In this document: positions 11,980-30,076 of the stretch, in pieces
Layout: each line of letters opens with the position of its first letter
Position numbering within the stretch: the stretch's first letter is position 1
DNA from: Octopus vulgaris
Taxonomy: Eukaryota
Length of the DNA: 64,000 nucleotides
Direction of reading: 5' to 3'
NCBI GenBank assembly: GCA_951406725.2
Contig: OX597816.1
Coordinates: 42,222,001-42,286,000 of the forward strand
Notes under the pieces: model-generated
The model's database searches: none
What the model was told of the DNA's origin: nothing
What the model saw: only the letters and a program-made list of their open reading frames with translations
Program-made: the position numbers and the translations under genes

Positions 11980-14010
11980 AAGCCATAACTGAAGACAGCC
12001 ACAGAAAGAAGAAAGGCCTCAGTATGGCCTGGATTGACTACACAAAGGCGTTTGATAGCATCCCCCACACATGGATCCTCGAAACACTAGCCATTAACAA
12101 AGTAGCACCAACAATCATAAAATTCATAGAGCACTCTATGAATAAATGGCAAACAGTCCTACACCTCCAAACAAAAGAGGGACTCATGAAAACCAAAGAC
12201 ATCCCCATTAGAAGAGGAATATTCCAGGGAGATACACTCTCTCCACTCCTTTTCTGCTTGGCACTGTCACCTCTATCTGATATGCTAAATAGAACTGGAT
12301 GCGGATATAAATGTTACGGCAAAACGATCAGCCACCTTTTATATATGGATGACCTAAAACTATACGCTGCAAATGACAAACAGCTGGAAACACTATTAAA
12401 GACAGTTCATGGATTTACCAAAGAAATAGATATGAAATTTGGTTTAGAAAAATGCGCCAAAGTAACCATGAAAAGAGGAAAACTAGTTAAGAGTAACAAC
12501 ATCACACTAGATGAAGCAAATGAAATAAAAGAATTAGACCAATGCCAAACTTACAAATACTTAGGAATCCATGAACTAGATAAGACACAACACACACAAA
12601 TGAAAGAGAAAATAAAAAAAGAATATTATAGACGAGTTAGATCAATACTAAAAACAGAGCTCAATGCTAAAAACAAGATAATAGGTATCAACACTTTAGC
12701 TGTCCCAGTTATAAGTTACAGCTACAATATCCTTAACTGGACACGAAATGAACTGACCAAAATAGACAGGAAAACAAGAAAAATAATGACAGGATCTAGG
12801 ATGCATCACCCAAAATCTGACATAGAAAGACTATATATACAACGTATAGAAGGTGGTAGAGGCCTTATACAGCTGGAAAACTACTATAAAATAACTACCA
12901 TAGGACTGCAAAAATATCTACTTCAGAAGGAAGGAAAACTGATCCAGATAGCGGCAAAACACGAGCAAAACAAAAAACTGTTCTCAGTATTTAAGGAAGC
13001 TGACAAATACAAACAAGAAATCATACCACCTAATAAACATGAAGAAGAAGAAGAAGAAGAAGATGAAGAAACAACAAAAGCTATAAAAAAAATGAAATCC
13101 AAACTAAAAATAGAACAGCAACGAACCATGATAAAACGATGGCAAGAAAAGCCCCTTCATGGTAAATACTGGACTAAACTAAACGCAAAAGAAATAGACA
13201 AAGAAAAATCCCAGCAATGGTTGAGAAGCTCAGGACTCAAAGCAGAAACAGAGGGATTTTTAATTGCAGCACAAGACCAAAGCCTCCCCACCAGAAATTA
13301 CCAAAAACATGTAATGAAAAGAAATATTACAAGTAACTGCAGAATATGTGGAGATGGACAAGAAACAATAAATCATATTATCTCTAGCTGCCCAGTCCTG
13401 GCTAAGAAGGAATATATTCACAGACACGACAGAGTTGGAACTTACATACATTGGAAGCTATGCCAACATTATGGAATAACAACAGAAAAAAGATGGTATA
13501 GGCACACACCAGAAAAGGTCACAGAAAACGAGAAAGCAACCATACTCTGGGATATGCCGATACACACAGTTAGAGAAATTAAGGCCAACAGACCAGATAT
13601 AGTTGTCAGAGACTATGAAGAAAAAAAATGCTTTCTAATTGATGTATCAGTACCGGCAGATGACAACGTGTCTCTAAAAGAAATGGAGAAACTCTCAAAA
13701 TACAAAGACCTGGAAATAGAGGTAACTAGAATGTGGAATCTGAAAACAGAAACAATTCCTATCATAGTAGGTGCATTAGGCATGATAAAAAAATATTCAG
13801 ACAAATACATAACAAAAACACCAGGACTTACAAACACATATAACATACAGAAAATTGCACTACTAGGCACTGCACACATCCTACGCAGAACACTTTCCAT
13901 ACAATAACCATCAGAGCATCACAACAAATCACAGCACATACCCAAGGCACACAGAGCTGCGCTCGGTAGTGAAGTGAAAGCACGCTATAAAAATAAAAAT
14001 AAAACTACTG
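11980..14010 (+). mobile_element. Dong/R4-clade RLE non-LTR retrotransposon, 5'-truncated, young, inserted in (AAT)n
   Basis: Uninterrupted RT/RLE frame; short 3'UTR ending ctactg-(aat)n; (AAT)n on both flanks, as for TAA-targeting Dong. Confidence 0.93.
12024..13907 (+). CDS. Reverse transcriptase plus restriction-like endonuclease (partial; frame is open from ~11980)
   Basis: WIDYTKAFDS, GIFQGDTLSPLLF, HLLYMDDLK, YKYLG, GGRGL, CRIC...ETINHIISSC zinc knuckle, RHD, RPD...D...EKLSKY RLE motifs. Confidence 0.95.
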   Translation: MAWIDYTKAFDSIPHTWILETLAINKVAPTIIKFIEHSMNKWQTVLHLQTKEGLMKTKDIPIRRGIFQGDTLSPLLFCLALSPLSDMLNRTGCGYKCYGKTISHLLYMDDLKLYAANDKQLETLLKTVHGFTKEIDMKFGLEKCAKVTMKRGKLVKSNNITLDEANEIKELDQCQTYKYLGIHELDKTQHTQMKEKIKKEYYRRVRSILKTELNAKNKIIGINTLAVPVISYSYNILNWTRNELTKIDRKTRKIMTGSRMHHPKSDIERLYIQRIEGGRGLIQLENYYKITTIGLQKYLLQKEGKLIQIAAKHEQNKKLFSVFKEADKYKQEIIPPNKHEEEEEEEDEETTKAIKKMKSKLKIEQQRTMIKRWQEKPLHGKYWTKLNAKEIDKEKSQQWLRSSGLKAETEGFLIAAQDQSLPTRNYQKHVMKRNITSNCRICGDGQETINHIISSCPVLAKKEYIHRHDRVGTYIHWKLCQHYGITTEKRWYRHTPEKVTENEKATILWDMPIHTVREIKANRPDIVVRDYEEKKCFLIDVSVPADDNVSLKEMEKLSKYKDLEIEVTRMWNLKTETIPIIVGALGMIKKYSDKYITKTPGLTNTYNIQKIALLGTAHILRRTLSIQ

Positions 14011-14053
14011 AATAATAATAGTAATAATACTAATAATAATAATAATAAAAACA

Positions 14054-14087
<34 letters not shown>

Positions 14088-14635
14088 TGACTGCCTGGAA
14101 TTGAAATCGGAAACTTTGAAGGAATACTTTCTTGTTACCATTTTTTCAAAGATTTCTATGCATGTTTCCACCTCTCTCATTGTAATCAGTGTTGGGGTAG
14201 AAGGAAGAAACATCCATGGTTACCAAAAAAACAATCTTTAACATTACTTCGGTGGTTAGAAAATTTGTTGAATTGGAAAACAAAATCAAATTTGCTTACA
14301 AAGAAACGCAGTTATTCCGATCTAATTTTGAACGTTTCAGTGTTTCCTATCTTTGAATTTAATTACAATTTATATTTTCAATTTGTAAAAGACACACGGA
14401 GTGTCGAAATACTGTTCAACCAATAAAATATCTATTGCAGTCGCATCGCACTCTTCGACATGTCTGCTAATCTTTGTGGAGAGTCACGTCAATCATCATC
14501 ATCATCATCATAATCATTATCATCATCACATCATCATCACCACCAGCGACACCACCACCACCACCACCACCACAACCACTACCACCATCATCATCATCAT
14601 TATCATCATTATCATCATGATCATCATCATCATCA

Positions 14636-14672
<37 letters not shown>

Positions 14673-14836
14673 CATCATTATTATTATTATTATGTCTATT
14701 GAAGGCACAATGCCTGAAATATGTGGAGATGGGAGTAGACAATTCCATGAACCCCGGTGATTACCGGTCGCGCAAGGTGAATGAGATTGCGCTCAGCATT
14801 TTCCCGAAGTAGTAACAATTTTGCCTGTTCACCGGC

Positions 14837-14907
<71 letters not shown>

Positions 14908-14909
14908 TT

Positions 14910-15225
14910 CACACTTCAAACTGGGAGAAAGATAGACGCGAAAAAAGTACAGATATTATATTGAAGGATTGCAGACAAAATCATACCTCCTCATCGACAT
15001 AAGTGTATGTCAAGATGTACCAAAAACAGAGCAAGGGTAGATATCTTGAAATAGAGATTGACAAAATGTGGAACCCGAATTCTAAAACAATACCGGTTGT
15101 CATAGATGTCCAAGGATGATTGCCACATGGCTTAGATACCAGAAAACCCCAAAATGGAAGGAATTCAAAAAGTAGAGCTCATGGGAATGGCTCTTATCCT
15201 ACGTAAAATATTGTCTATATAATTC
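14910..15225 (+). pseudogene. Diverged R4/Dong RLE C-terminal fragment
   Basis: Similar to the LIDVS / LEIE..MW / ILRK.LS C-terminus of the 12024-13907 ORF; follows (AAT)n. Confidence 0.65.
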
Positions 15226-15519
15226 CAAGAATATTTTCATAAGTAAACAGTATGAAAATGTTTTTAAATGTACATAATAGTAAATACCTTTTACGGTCAT
15301 ATGAACGACAGACTGTTATCTTATAATCAAATTACTTTGAAATCAAACTTATAATTTACATACGATTTGACAGCCATTCTCTAGAACGATACTCTGTGCG
15401 TAACCAAATATATGGCACCCTAGTCATAACACCAACTTGAACTTCTAACTTGTTGTCTCTTGACGTCCCTGGGAAAGACTTGGGTGACAACTTGTACAAA
15501 TACAAATTAAAAGCCAAAC

Positions 15520-15566
<47 letters not shown>

Positions 15567-15701
15567 CACCATGTCGCGCACATATGGTTGTGGTGCATGT
15601 GCCTGGTGTACCCTTATCAAACGGGTAGTCATGATGGGTATACTGGGCTTCGTATATTTTACCCCAGTGTCACTTTGATGGCATGCTCTGCTCGCTCACT
15701 C

Positions 15702-15702
<1 letters not shown>
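15567..15702 (+). mobile_element. 5'-truncated copy of the ~545-bp non-coding (AAT)-tailed element
   Basis: Matches 19905-20040 and shares its 3' end; (AAT)n flanks. Confidence 0.85.
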
Positions 15703-15774
<72 letters not shown>

Positions 15775-16049
15775 GTAATAAAAATGTAATAGTAATAATA
15801 ATAATGATAATGATGATGAGGATGCTGATGATGATAATATATAATAATATATTAGATATAATAATGTTATATAATATATGATAATGTTGTACAATAATAT
15901 CAACAACAGCAATAGCAATAATAATAAAGGCAGAGACAATGTTAGGGGCCCTAGGACTTATAGTAATAATATAAGTATAAAAATAATTGTGACACTATAG
16001 TAGTGAACAAGTAAATAATTGCTAAGATTCATAATTATCCAGAACGATT

Positions 16050-18630
16050 AACAAGTAGCATTGTGAAACCGTCGAGTCTTTGGTGACTAAACCAGCAACC
16101 CAACTAAGCTTACTTGGTGAGAAAGGTGAATTTTCGAAACTGCGGGATTAAAACAAAACCCGGCAAAAGTTAGGGGAACTTAGAGGAGTCTGTGGCAATT
16201 CCGAAAATGGGTATACAAAGCTCGTGAAGCTTGGTTGGAAGTCTGTCTCGAAGAAGGAACACTGATTTAAAAGCTGGGGTAGATAGGACTCCTTAGTTAC
16301 AGTGGTGACAGCCTGTCACTGTTCAAAAGCTCCATGCCTAGGATAAAGGTGAATGCACTGCAAATCGGAACTTAACTCCGGAGTAATATTTGGATGAATA
16401 TACGGGACAAACTAACGCCCACCTGTCTCTTAGTGAGAATCGGGATCATAGTCTTCAACACACTGAAATGCGAAGGGAACAGGCCCAACTTATGGGGAGT
16501 AAGAGCTCTGCAGTCTTCGTTGACAATCTTACTAGAAATGGTGTCCCGATAAAAATGCCGATTGGTGGCTAACCTTAAAAACATACATCAATATTGAGTG
16601 AAAATGTCTAATACAAGTAACGGAAATAATGGGGCTGGAACCAAAGGTAGAAGCCTTTTGCCCATCATGTAGCGTGTGGTTGAGCAGTACAGGACTGGTC
16701 ATCATCCAGAGACTGCTTGTACACAAAGCCAGAGGTAGAGAGGAAGGTGGGACAAGGAGGCAGACCGAACATTAATTGAATGCTGGATCAGGAGTGGATC
16801 CAGCTGAAGAGGATCCGACATCGAATGAAAATAAAATGTAATGAGATAGAACCCTTCGTAACAAATGAGCAACGGTTAGCCCACCATGCAAGAGCAATGA
16901 GCAACAAGGTGGTTAAGAGACATGGAAACAGAGGAGATAAAAAGAAAGTAGAAGATAGAAATAATATTTCGCCAACGGACAACGTGCCCAGCGAGAACAG
17001 AAAAATGAAAGGTGACAGCGAAGAATTCGAGCAAAGTGTAATTGTATATGCATTTTCAACAAATGGAGCAGAAGTGATACAAAGAGATATATCACGAAGA
17101 AGACTTATTGAGGACGCTTTGCCGATATACTAGAAAAGATGAGGATTAATTACCCGACAAGCTGAGGTACATTGATCGACGCAAGGTGAAGGTTGAAACC
17201 GATAAAGCAGATTCGAGTCTTGAACTACTCCAGACGGTAAATATAAGTGAAACTAACAAGATTATTTGGGCTGCAGCTATGGTTACTGCAGATAGATTTG
17301 TATATAAAAGAAAAGAACAAACAGAACGTAAAGAACCATCCTGGCGTAGACGAATTTGTGAGAAACAAAGTAAGTGGAAAAGAGATTTGAGACAAGTTGA
17401 TAATTTGAGATGAGAGGAATTGAAGAACGAAAGCATAAGACTGACGCTGGAAAGAACGTATAGAATAAGAGGTAAAGTTTATGATGTGATATTGGAAGAA
17501 TTGTAACAATGATTAGTAGCAAAACAGGAAAGATACAATAGAAAAATACACTTCAGAAACAACAGATTGTTTGAAGCAAATCAGAAGAGACTGTTTCAGG
17601 AACTCAATGGGTAAATAGATATAATAGTGATTCCAGATGCAGAGGAAAGCAAGGAATTCTGGAGAGAGAGCTGGTACCAACATGTAGAGCATAATGATAA
17701 AGCGGAGTGGCTGCATGCAATACAGGAGAGTTTTAAAAATATAGAAGTCTAAGAAGACATAAAAACCACAGAAATAATATAAATGCCGTTAAGAAAATTT
17801 CCAAATTGGAAGAGGCCAGAACCGGATGGGATCCAAGGTTATTGGATGAAGAACAGTACAACAGCTTGATGAGTTCCTGTAGGAAAGCGCACTACCCAGC
17901 GGGATGACAAAGGAAAATACATTGTTAGGTGCCAAAGATCCTGGAAAGAGAAATGTTGCATTCAAGTTTAAACCAATAATATGCCTTCCGCTAAGGGGGA
18001 AACTAACGTCAGGCGTGCTGATACTGGGTGAAAAGTGGGCTGCCAGAAAAGGGTGCTGAAAAAGGAGCCGGCAAGCAAATGAACATCTCTTAATTCATAA
18101 TCAAATTATTAGAAACCGCAAGAGAAGACACACACACACACACCTGAACATGACATGGGTTGACTATCGTGAAGCTTTCAATATGGTACAACACTCCTGG
18201 ATCATAGGAACAATAGAAATGTATGGAGAATCCCTATGGAATAGCATGAAATGCTGGAGAACGGATTTGACAGCAGGGAATCAAACACCACGACATGAAG
18301 GAAAAGACAAAGAGAGAGTATCTGCGGCGAGTGAGAAAAATATTGCTTTCAAATCTGAATGCCGGAAAAATAATCTCGGCAATAAACACACGCTCAATCG
18401 AAGTAATTCGGTATGGCGCTGGATTTGGACAGAAGACGAGCTAAAGTAGATAGACAGGAAGTGAAGAAATCTCCTACTGATGCAGGGATTCCATCATACA
18501 CGTGCAGATACTGATCGCGTATCTATGAAGAGAGAAAATGGAGGAATATAAAGGAATATAATGGAAATTGGAATACAGTGCCCAGCAGATCTTTTACAAA
18601 GGTCTTGCCTCGTTGGCACGCGTAGAATAA
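16050..18630 (+). pseudogene. Old degenerate R4-like LINE (5'UTR plus RT remnants)
   Basis: EQRLA.., EPSWRRRI, MTWVDYREAFNMVQHSWII and post-RT remnants with many stops and frameshifts. Confidence 0.7.
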
Positions 18631-18827
18631 TCAGTAAAGTATTAGATAGCTGAAGAGAACGAATAGCATGGTGCCGTAGGCTGTAGCTAGTAAAACCGCT
18701 ATGCATGCAAGACTCCAGGAGCTCCACCAAACCCTGTGATGAAGGAAAATAATAATAATAATAATAATAATAATGATAATAATAATAATAATAATAATGA
18801 TAATAATAATAATAATAATAATAATAG

Positions 18828-18859
<32 letters not shown>

Positions 18860-18860
18860 G

Positions 18861-18904
<44 letters not shown>

Positions 18905-18937
18905 TTAATAATAATAATAATAATAATAATAATGATG

Positions 18938-20040
<1,103 letters not shown>

Positions 20041-21549
20041 ATAATAATAATAATAATAATAATCTCTGATTTTATTGTTTTTAATCTGCAACTAATGATA
20101 GACAGCAGACGGTGAATTTGACATATTTGAGGCAGAGATTTGAAATTTAATATCTATAATATTTCAAAGACATTTTTGTTTTAAAATTCATATTTACAGT
20201 ATTCCACAAATTTGAATTATTCGGAAGTTGACATATTTTTAATTGTCAGAGATGAATTATGGCCTTTAATGAGTTAAGTACCTTTGTTGTCCTTAGTGCA
20301 TATACATATGTTTAAAAAACATCTTTTTATTTCTAGCTCAGTTTTACATCTCACCGAGGAAATGTAAAGCAATTAGTTTTCTTTACATATATATAAACGT
20401 CATGAAAGTGGTATTAAAGTAAATCAAAGAGTTAATTGTAACTCATATAGGTGAAGCTTGAATGATATTTCAATGAATATTTTCAGTGATGAAGTGGCCG
20501 CAGCAAAGGTACATGTACTCTTGTATGTGACTAGTAGTATGTTTTGCATTGTATATATTTCCTTTTCTTTATTTCCACGAAATATCATGGACCGCTAGAA
20601 ACTCAGAGCTAGAGGGATTCTTTTATTTAGAAATATCCCTCAGTTCGTATTTTGAAATTCTTGTGTATATTCGAGAAATTACATTTGATTTAATGTGTAG
20701 TGGATTTTTCTCTATTGTATTATACGTGTTTGGATATTCAGAGGAAAATGCCATAATGCAAGAATATATAACACATGTCAAAACTTATTTATATTTTCAT
20801 ATACATTAAATGCAATAAATCTACGCGGATGTTTCAGTAGGCTGGCTAATTGTGTGCTTCCTCGTAGTTCTGTTTGCTTAATTGTGCAATGATTTTTATT
20901 TTGAACCAGGAGATTAATTTTTAAACTGACGTCATTGTTGCTGGAAATGTAGGAAGTGATAGGCACCTTACGCTGTTTATTCAGTGATTACTCGTCAACA
21001 GTTGTTTGTTTTCCATTTAAAAGCGCCAGCGCCTCCACTGTTCAATCATTTACACATCAAACCTATAACACTTATTTTTAAATACGCTAATAATCACACT
21101 CATTTAAACAATCAGAAGCACGAACATACGCATAAATACGTAGGTATAAGTTGATTACAAACTATATTAATTCTGAATCGCCTTCGTGTATGCTGTTGAT
21201 AATTCTTTTTTTTATGATGTGTTAGTAATTATGTAGATAATTTGTTTAATATTCGTATTAATACAGCGATATTTAAAAAAGAAAATAGCTTAATGAGAAT
21301 AAAACACTCTACCTAACATGAAGGTATAAACAACTTTCAGGAAAGTAATTATTTAACGGATTCATTTTCACTGATTACCACGTAGAAATGATTTGCTTAA
21401 ATAGATTCCAATGGGTGAGGTGTAGAGCAACCGTTTTGATTTAGAAAACTAGTGAATGAAACTTTCATTTCAATTAACACACAGCATTACATTATATTAT
21501 AGATACATATACATATAAATATACATACATGCATTATATATATATATAC

Positions 21550-21591
<42 letters not shown>

Positions 21592-22398
21592 TACATACAG
21601 AAGACATAAGCAATAGTTTCATCCGAAATATATCCTCCGAAGATTTACAAAACGAAATCGACCTCTACTAAAATTTATACAAAAATTTTAGTGAAATTCT
21701 ATGCAAGTAAATTATATAAATTATACACTTCTTTGAATGTTTAAACTTTGTTGAGTCGAAATAACGGTAGCGTTAATGTGTAGCCTGGAGGCTTGTTCTA
21801 ATGAATATTTTACTAATATGAAAACAAGTGGAAAGTACGATGCCAGAAACAAAATGAACTAATTACTAATTATTAAACTTGAAATACATGTTAAAAAAAT
21901 TTATGCATAGCTATGATATATATTTATACATATACATGTATATATACGCACATACAGGCACACATACAAATACACACACACGCACATACACACACACACA
22001 TATATATACATACATATGTACGTATATATGTATATGCATGTGTGCGTACGTATTTATGCATGTCATGTGTGTATATATATATGTGTGTGGAGGGTGAGTC
22101 AATCATCGCTTCATATGTAACAGCATGAATATATACATATATAAATATGTGTCTGTCTGTGGTTGTCTGCAAGCGTTCATACAAGCAATCGCAAACACTC
22201 GCTTGCTGCTCATTTATACATAGAAACATTCACATATACACACCGTATATACAGACCGATATAGAAGCATAATGTTATAAACTGACCCGATGCAACTATG
22301 TCTGTAAAGATTCAATTATAATTTACATATACATTCATGCACATATACATATACAAATACGCGTGAATATATATATGTATGCATATACATATATATAT

Positions 22399-22451
<53 letters not shown>

Positions 22452-22543
22452 TATACATACATATATGTATATATATACCTACATATATAGGTATGTTTAA
22501 ATATATATATGTGTGTATATAGACGTACATATATTATATTTGG

Positions 22544-22581
<38 letters not shown>

Positions 22582-22597
22582 ATATATATATATATAT

Positions 22598-25182
<2,585 letters not shown>

Positions 25183-25212
25183 CTTATATGTATATATATT
25201 ATTTTATACTTT

Positions 25213-25400
25213 TGCACTCTTTCATTGATTTCACGGCAGCTATGCTGAAGCACTGCCTTTACTCGAAAAAATCGACCCCAAGACTTCTACGTTGTAAGCC
25301 TAGTACTTATCCTACCGACCTCTTTTGCAGGATCGCTAAGTTACGCCGACGCAAATGCACCAACATTAGTTGTTAAGCGACGGTGGGTGAACAAACACAG

Positions 25401-25432
<32 letters not shown>

Positions 25433-25467
25433 GTATATGTATATATATATGTATATATATGTATATA

Positions 25468-25528
<61 letters not shown>

Positions 25529-25688
25529 GGCGTGCTTCTTTCAGTTTCCATTTACCAAATCCACTTACAAGGCCTTGGTCGATCCGAAACTATAGTAGGG
25601 CACATCTACTCAAGGTATCACGCAGTGGGACTGAACCATGAACCATACAGTTGGGAAGGAAGTTTGATACTACTCAGCCAGGCCTACC

Positions 25689-25690
<2 letters not shown>
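25213..25690 (-). mobile_element. tRNA-derived SINE family A, diverged
   Basis: Colinear with 47511-47927, including the internal (TA)n. Confidence 0.75.
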
Positions 25691-25731
<41 letters not shown>

Positions 25732-28700
25732 AATAGGATATATGTACATGTATATACACATAAAATGACACAGGCACACATAGACACACAGACACACATT
25801 AGTGCGCATACACACATACACACACAAACATACACATACATATTAATAGGAATTTTTTATATTTCTTCCAACCCAATGATTCATATTGACAGAAATCATA
25901 ACTATTCAACATGAATTCAAATTTAAAATTACTCTCGAGTATTGTATGTTAAGGGTTCCACAGTGAAATTCACTTGTAAGATTTAGTAATCATGAATCTA
26001 GTTCTTGAAAGTTGGATGCGAACAGATAATTATGGATGAATGGTAGTGTTAGATTTAATCTTGTTGATATGCATTAAAAAGACAAATAGACTTTGATTAG
26101 CATGCAGATTAAAAAATCTGTTAGCGTATGTACAAATCATAACAACAAGAATTTAAGGCTTATTGAATAGTGTAGATGCGATGAATGTTAGTAACCAAAG
26201 ATATTATTGTGTCTACGGGCGTAGAAGTTTTCTGTGACCAGCATGTACGTCTGTCCTCTCATGCATACGTATATATATATTGTGCGTGGAAATTTTACTT
26301 GGTTCCTATATGGTGTAATGCAATGTACTGAAAAATAACCCTCATAAGCAAAGTCATTAGTTTTCACATATCAGTGTTGGCAATGATCTGTAAAACAACG
26401 AGAAATATAAATATTGCTATAAAGAAACAATACTATCATTTGACGCTAAAATTAACAACTAATTGAAATATGATAAAATATTTCTGCAAACAATCCTATA
26501 GACATCATTTTTTACAACTTACAATGTCGAATTCTGTTAAAGCAGGAGTAAATTGTATCACAAGTTCTACAGAACAACAAATATTCATTAAGTGATATTA
26601 TGTAACTCACATTTGTTTAGTACTAAAATCTTAAAACTGTTGTCAAAGTACGTAGTAAATCGCTCATTGTATATGAATCTAGAATATAAGGTAAAGATGC
26701 GGCTTTCAAAAGTATACTAACTACAAGGCAGCCCTAATCAAGTGTAGAATATGTACAGGATTGGTTAACTTTCTACAAAATCAGACACATTTGTCTCGAG
26801 ACTCACTGTAACATCTCAAGGGTATTCACATTTTATAATGCACACTGAAAAGAGATTCAATTATAATTGACATAAATAGGTTCTTAAAATTCTTGTGATT
26901 AACTAGGAAAATACATTTAAATAGAAATGAACAAAATAGCCGTTCAATTGGGAAACTAATATTGTTACGTATATATGCCAATGTTTTATGTTAACTTTGG
27001 TGTGTTGATATACATCGAAGGAGCAAACATTTTATAGCAAAGTATGGAAGATGTTCACTCGGAGATGCGTCAATGTTTTTTTCACCAGCCTCTTCGTTTT
27101 CAACTATAATTATTTAGGCTTCTACTCCATAAAGCTTGTTGGGTTAATGTCAACGCAATCAAGCATATCCTCCGCTCATCTCTTTTACGTCAAACACGCG
27201 ACAAACCATAGAGATGAGAGGATATAAAGAAATCTCATGATGTTTTAAATCAATATTTTTTATTGCTAAAATCTTTAGAGACAACGCAGTCTTTTTGATT
27301 TAGTTACAGGGAGAGAGGAGTATATAACATCCGAATTTCTCCCAAAATTTGAATAAATTCAGATATTTGTAGGCTGGTAAAGGCATTCATTTGCATTTAC
27401 AATGACGAGGTAAATTTTGCCAACAGCAAAGCATTTATTGTCATATATTTTCTGACAAATTTCTCTCGAATTATTTAATCAAACAGAAAATTGTGATTTG
27501 TTTTGAAAATTTTTTTAAGTATGTACAATAGGATTCAACGTTAAAATAAACTGAATTGTGACGGTAATTATTGAAACATGAATTTACATTTGGCTCAATG
27601 AAAGTTCTCAGAAAATTTTGCACAAAGAATTAGTTGTTGTCTCTAGTTGACGATTGCACTTATAGGCATTGCCATGATGTCTTTCACACTAGTTATGTAT
27701 TGATCTCGAATTTATAGAACAATATCCGCGGCAGTACAGATTTTTTGTACTACAAGACTTTATTAACAAATATACGTATATTTCATTTATTTACATAACA
27801 ACCAATAAAACTAGAATGAGACTACACATACTCCAAAGAACGTCAAGAATTATACAGTAAGTCTCTGTCATGACTTCGTCACTTAAAATACGACTGAACA
27901 TATTGACGCATGTAGCTCTAAATATATTATGGCGAAAAACTTGAAAACAATCTTAGAAAGCAAAGGGTTGTGCAGATGTCTGCTTATTTAAGGCAAGCCT
28001 AAAATATTTACCAACCACACGGTATCTACTTTTGGATAAATATTTTTGACGGTAGTTATTATTTTGGTAATTTCTTTTAGTAATACATTGGAGCATTGTC
28101 ACGTATTTCGTTTACATTTTGTTTCCAATCTCAAGATTAGTTAATTTTCACTGTGTTAATGTCATCTGGAATATGTTGGTTTGAATACACGGAGGATAAC
28201 AAAATAATATGATTTTGTTATCCTCAGTCATATTACCAGTTATTTCTTGCTGAAAGTGTAGTGTTCGGAAGGACAAATTATAATATTTCAATAACAGTTT
28301 ATCACATAACATCGTTTGTGTTATAGATTAACGACAGTCATTAAAAGAAAAAGAAATATCTTGAAGACGTTTCTGGGGTTGATTTAGCCAGACAGCACAT
28401 GCTATTATTTGAATGATTATCAGTTAGTTAGTAATTCCAAAGTAGAATAGCGTAACAAATACAGCAATAAATACATATAAATATATACACACAGACACAC
28501 ACACAGATGCACGCACACACGCACACACGCACAGGCACACACTCACACGCACTCACTCACACCCACGTGAATATCTATGAAGTACGTATTAAGTTACAAG
28601 CACCATAACATTTTAGCAAATGCTGGTAGTTGGACAGGAAAACGTATACATGAACGTAAAACATATATTTTTGTCTACTTGCAAAAAGAAAAAGAAAATG

Positions 28701-30018
28701 ATTGTTTAAATTTTTTTAATTGTTGTAAAGCCCACACCATGCCCATTACTTAAGATGTAAATTGTAAATCTGAACATAAATGCAACAGATATGTGCTGTT
28801 TAGCTTTAATTAAAAATATATACATGTACAATTACGTGTGTGTGTGTATGTATTTATGTATGTATGTATCTATCTATCTTTCTGTATGTCTAATTTCAAA
28901 ATGGCTTTAAGATGTTTGGCGTCTGTTGGCCAATTTACGTCACTTGGTGTCACTGCTCCCGAAGAGACATCAGATATTTCTACTTTCCATGATTTATGTG
29001 CTCGGACAGGTTTGTAATTTCTGCTTAGACAACATTGATTCTAACATCATACATTGCAACATACGCAGACACACTGCTATATAGCTTGTAATTCACCACC
29101 CCAAACTGCAATATCTGAAACCATACAAACTGCCTGTTAGGATGATGCTACATCTCAGAAGCTGTTGTATAAAAGAGCTACCCTCAAATCGTACGATGTC
29201 GTTATAACATACTACAAGAGCACGGCAATAAATGACCACAGTGGTGGAAATAGACAGCCTATACACTTCTTTACTTTCAGGCCTAAGGAAAAACTCCATC
29301 TTTCCTGTCGCACTTTACCTCGAGAACGAGATTGCGAATATAGAATGGGTGTACGATTGACAGGCCCCATCCCCTAACACATCTGGCCTAGCAATATCAA
29401 ACTCTGCTGGTTCTAGAAACTACACACAATACTACATCCAGCACTAGCCATCAAGAGGAATCAAGAAATACCGCCTTATTTCCACTAATGATATACCCTG
29501 TTAATGAATTTTAGGCGACTGGGAAATAGCAATCCAGATATATAAACATACGCCTGGCTGTTCTTTACACAATATCAGGTTACTGTAAACTACAGTCTCA
29601 TCCATGCTGACTATCCAGCTGTACTTTTTTAACTTAGCACCACTAAGTTACTCCCAGTGAATCTAGTTACTCCCAGTGAATGTCTATTGGCACTAAGTCG
29701 CTAAGAAAACGCACTTCAGCATCAGCATAGTGACAAGTCCTACCTAGCAACATCCTGTCTGAGTGCATAGGTTCGACGATAAGAAAAAGTAACTGATGTC
29801 GGTTCCAGACTAATGAGACCTCATGACAGGACTTGGTCAATGCAAGCCTAACGTCTAGAAGTTATGTTGAATTTGTCTCAATCACTCGAAGTACGCGCTG
29901 TAAATACGTAGGAAATTGTATGGAGCTGGGTCAAACTCGTAATTTATAATATTCATAGCCGGTACGCATATCTATGTGTGCATGTGATTGTGTGGGTGTG
30001 TATAGACACATAATCAGA

Positions 30019-30076
<58 letters not shown>

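Noticed and set aside
29803-29860. Hammerhead-like ctaatga-gacc..ggtc
   Set aside because: Core mutated and GAAA absent; at best a dead relic
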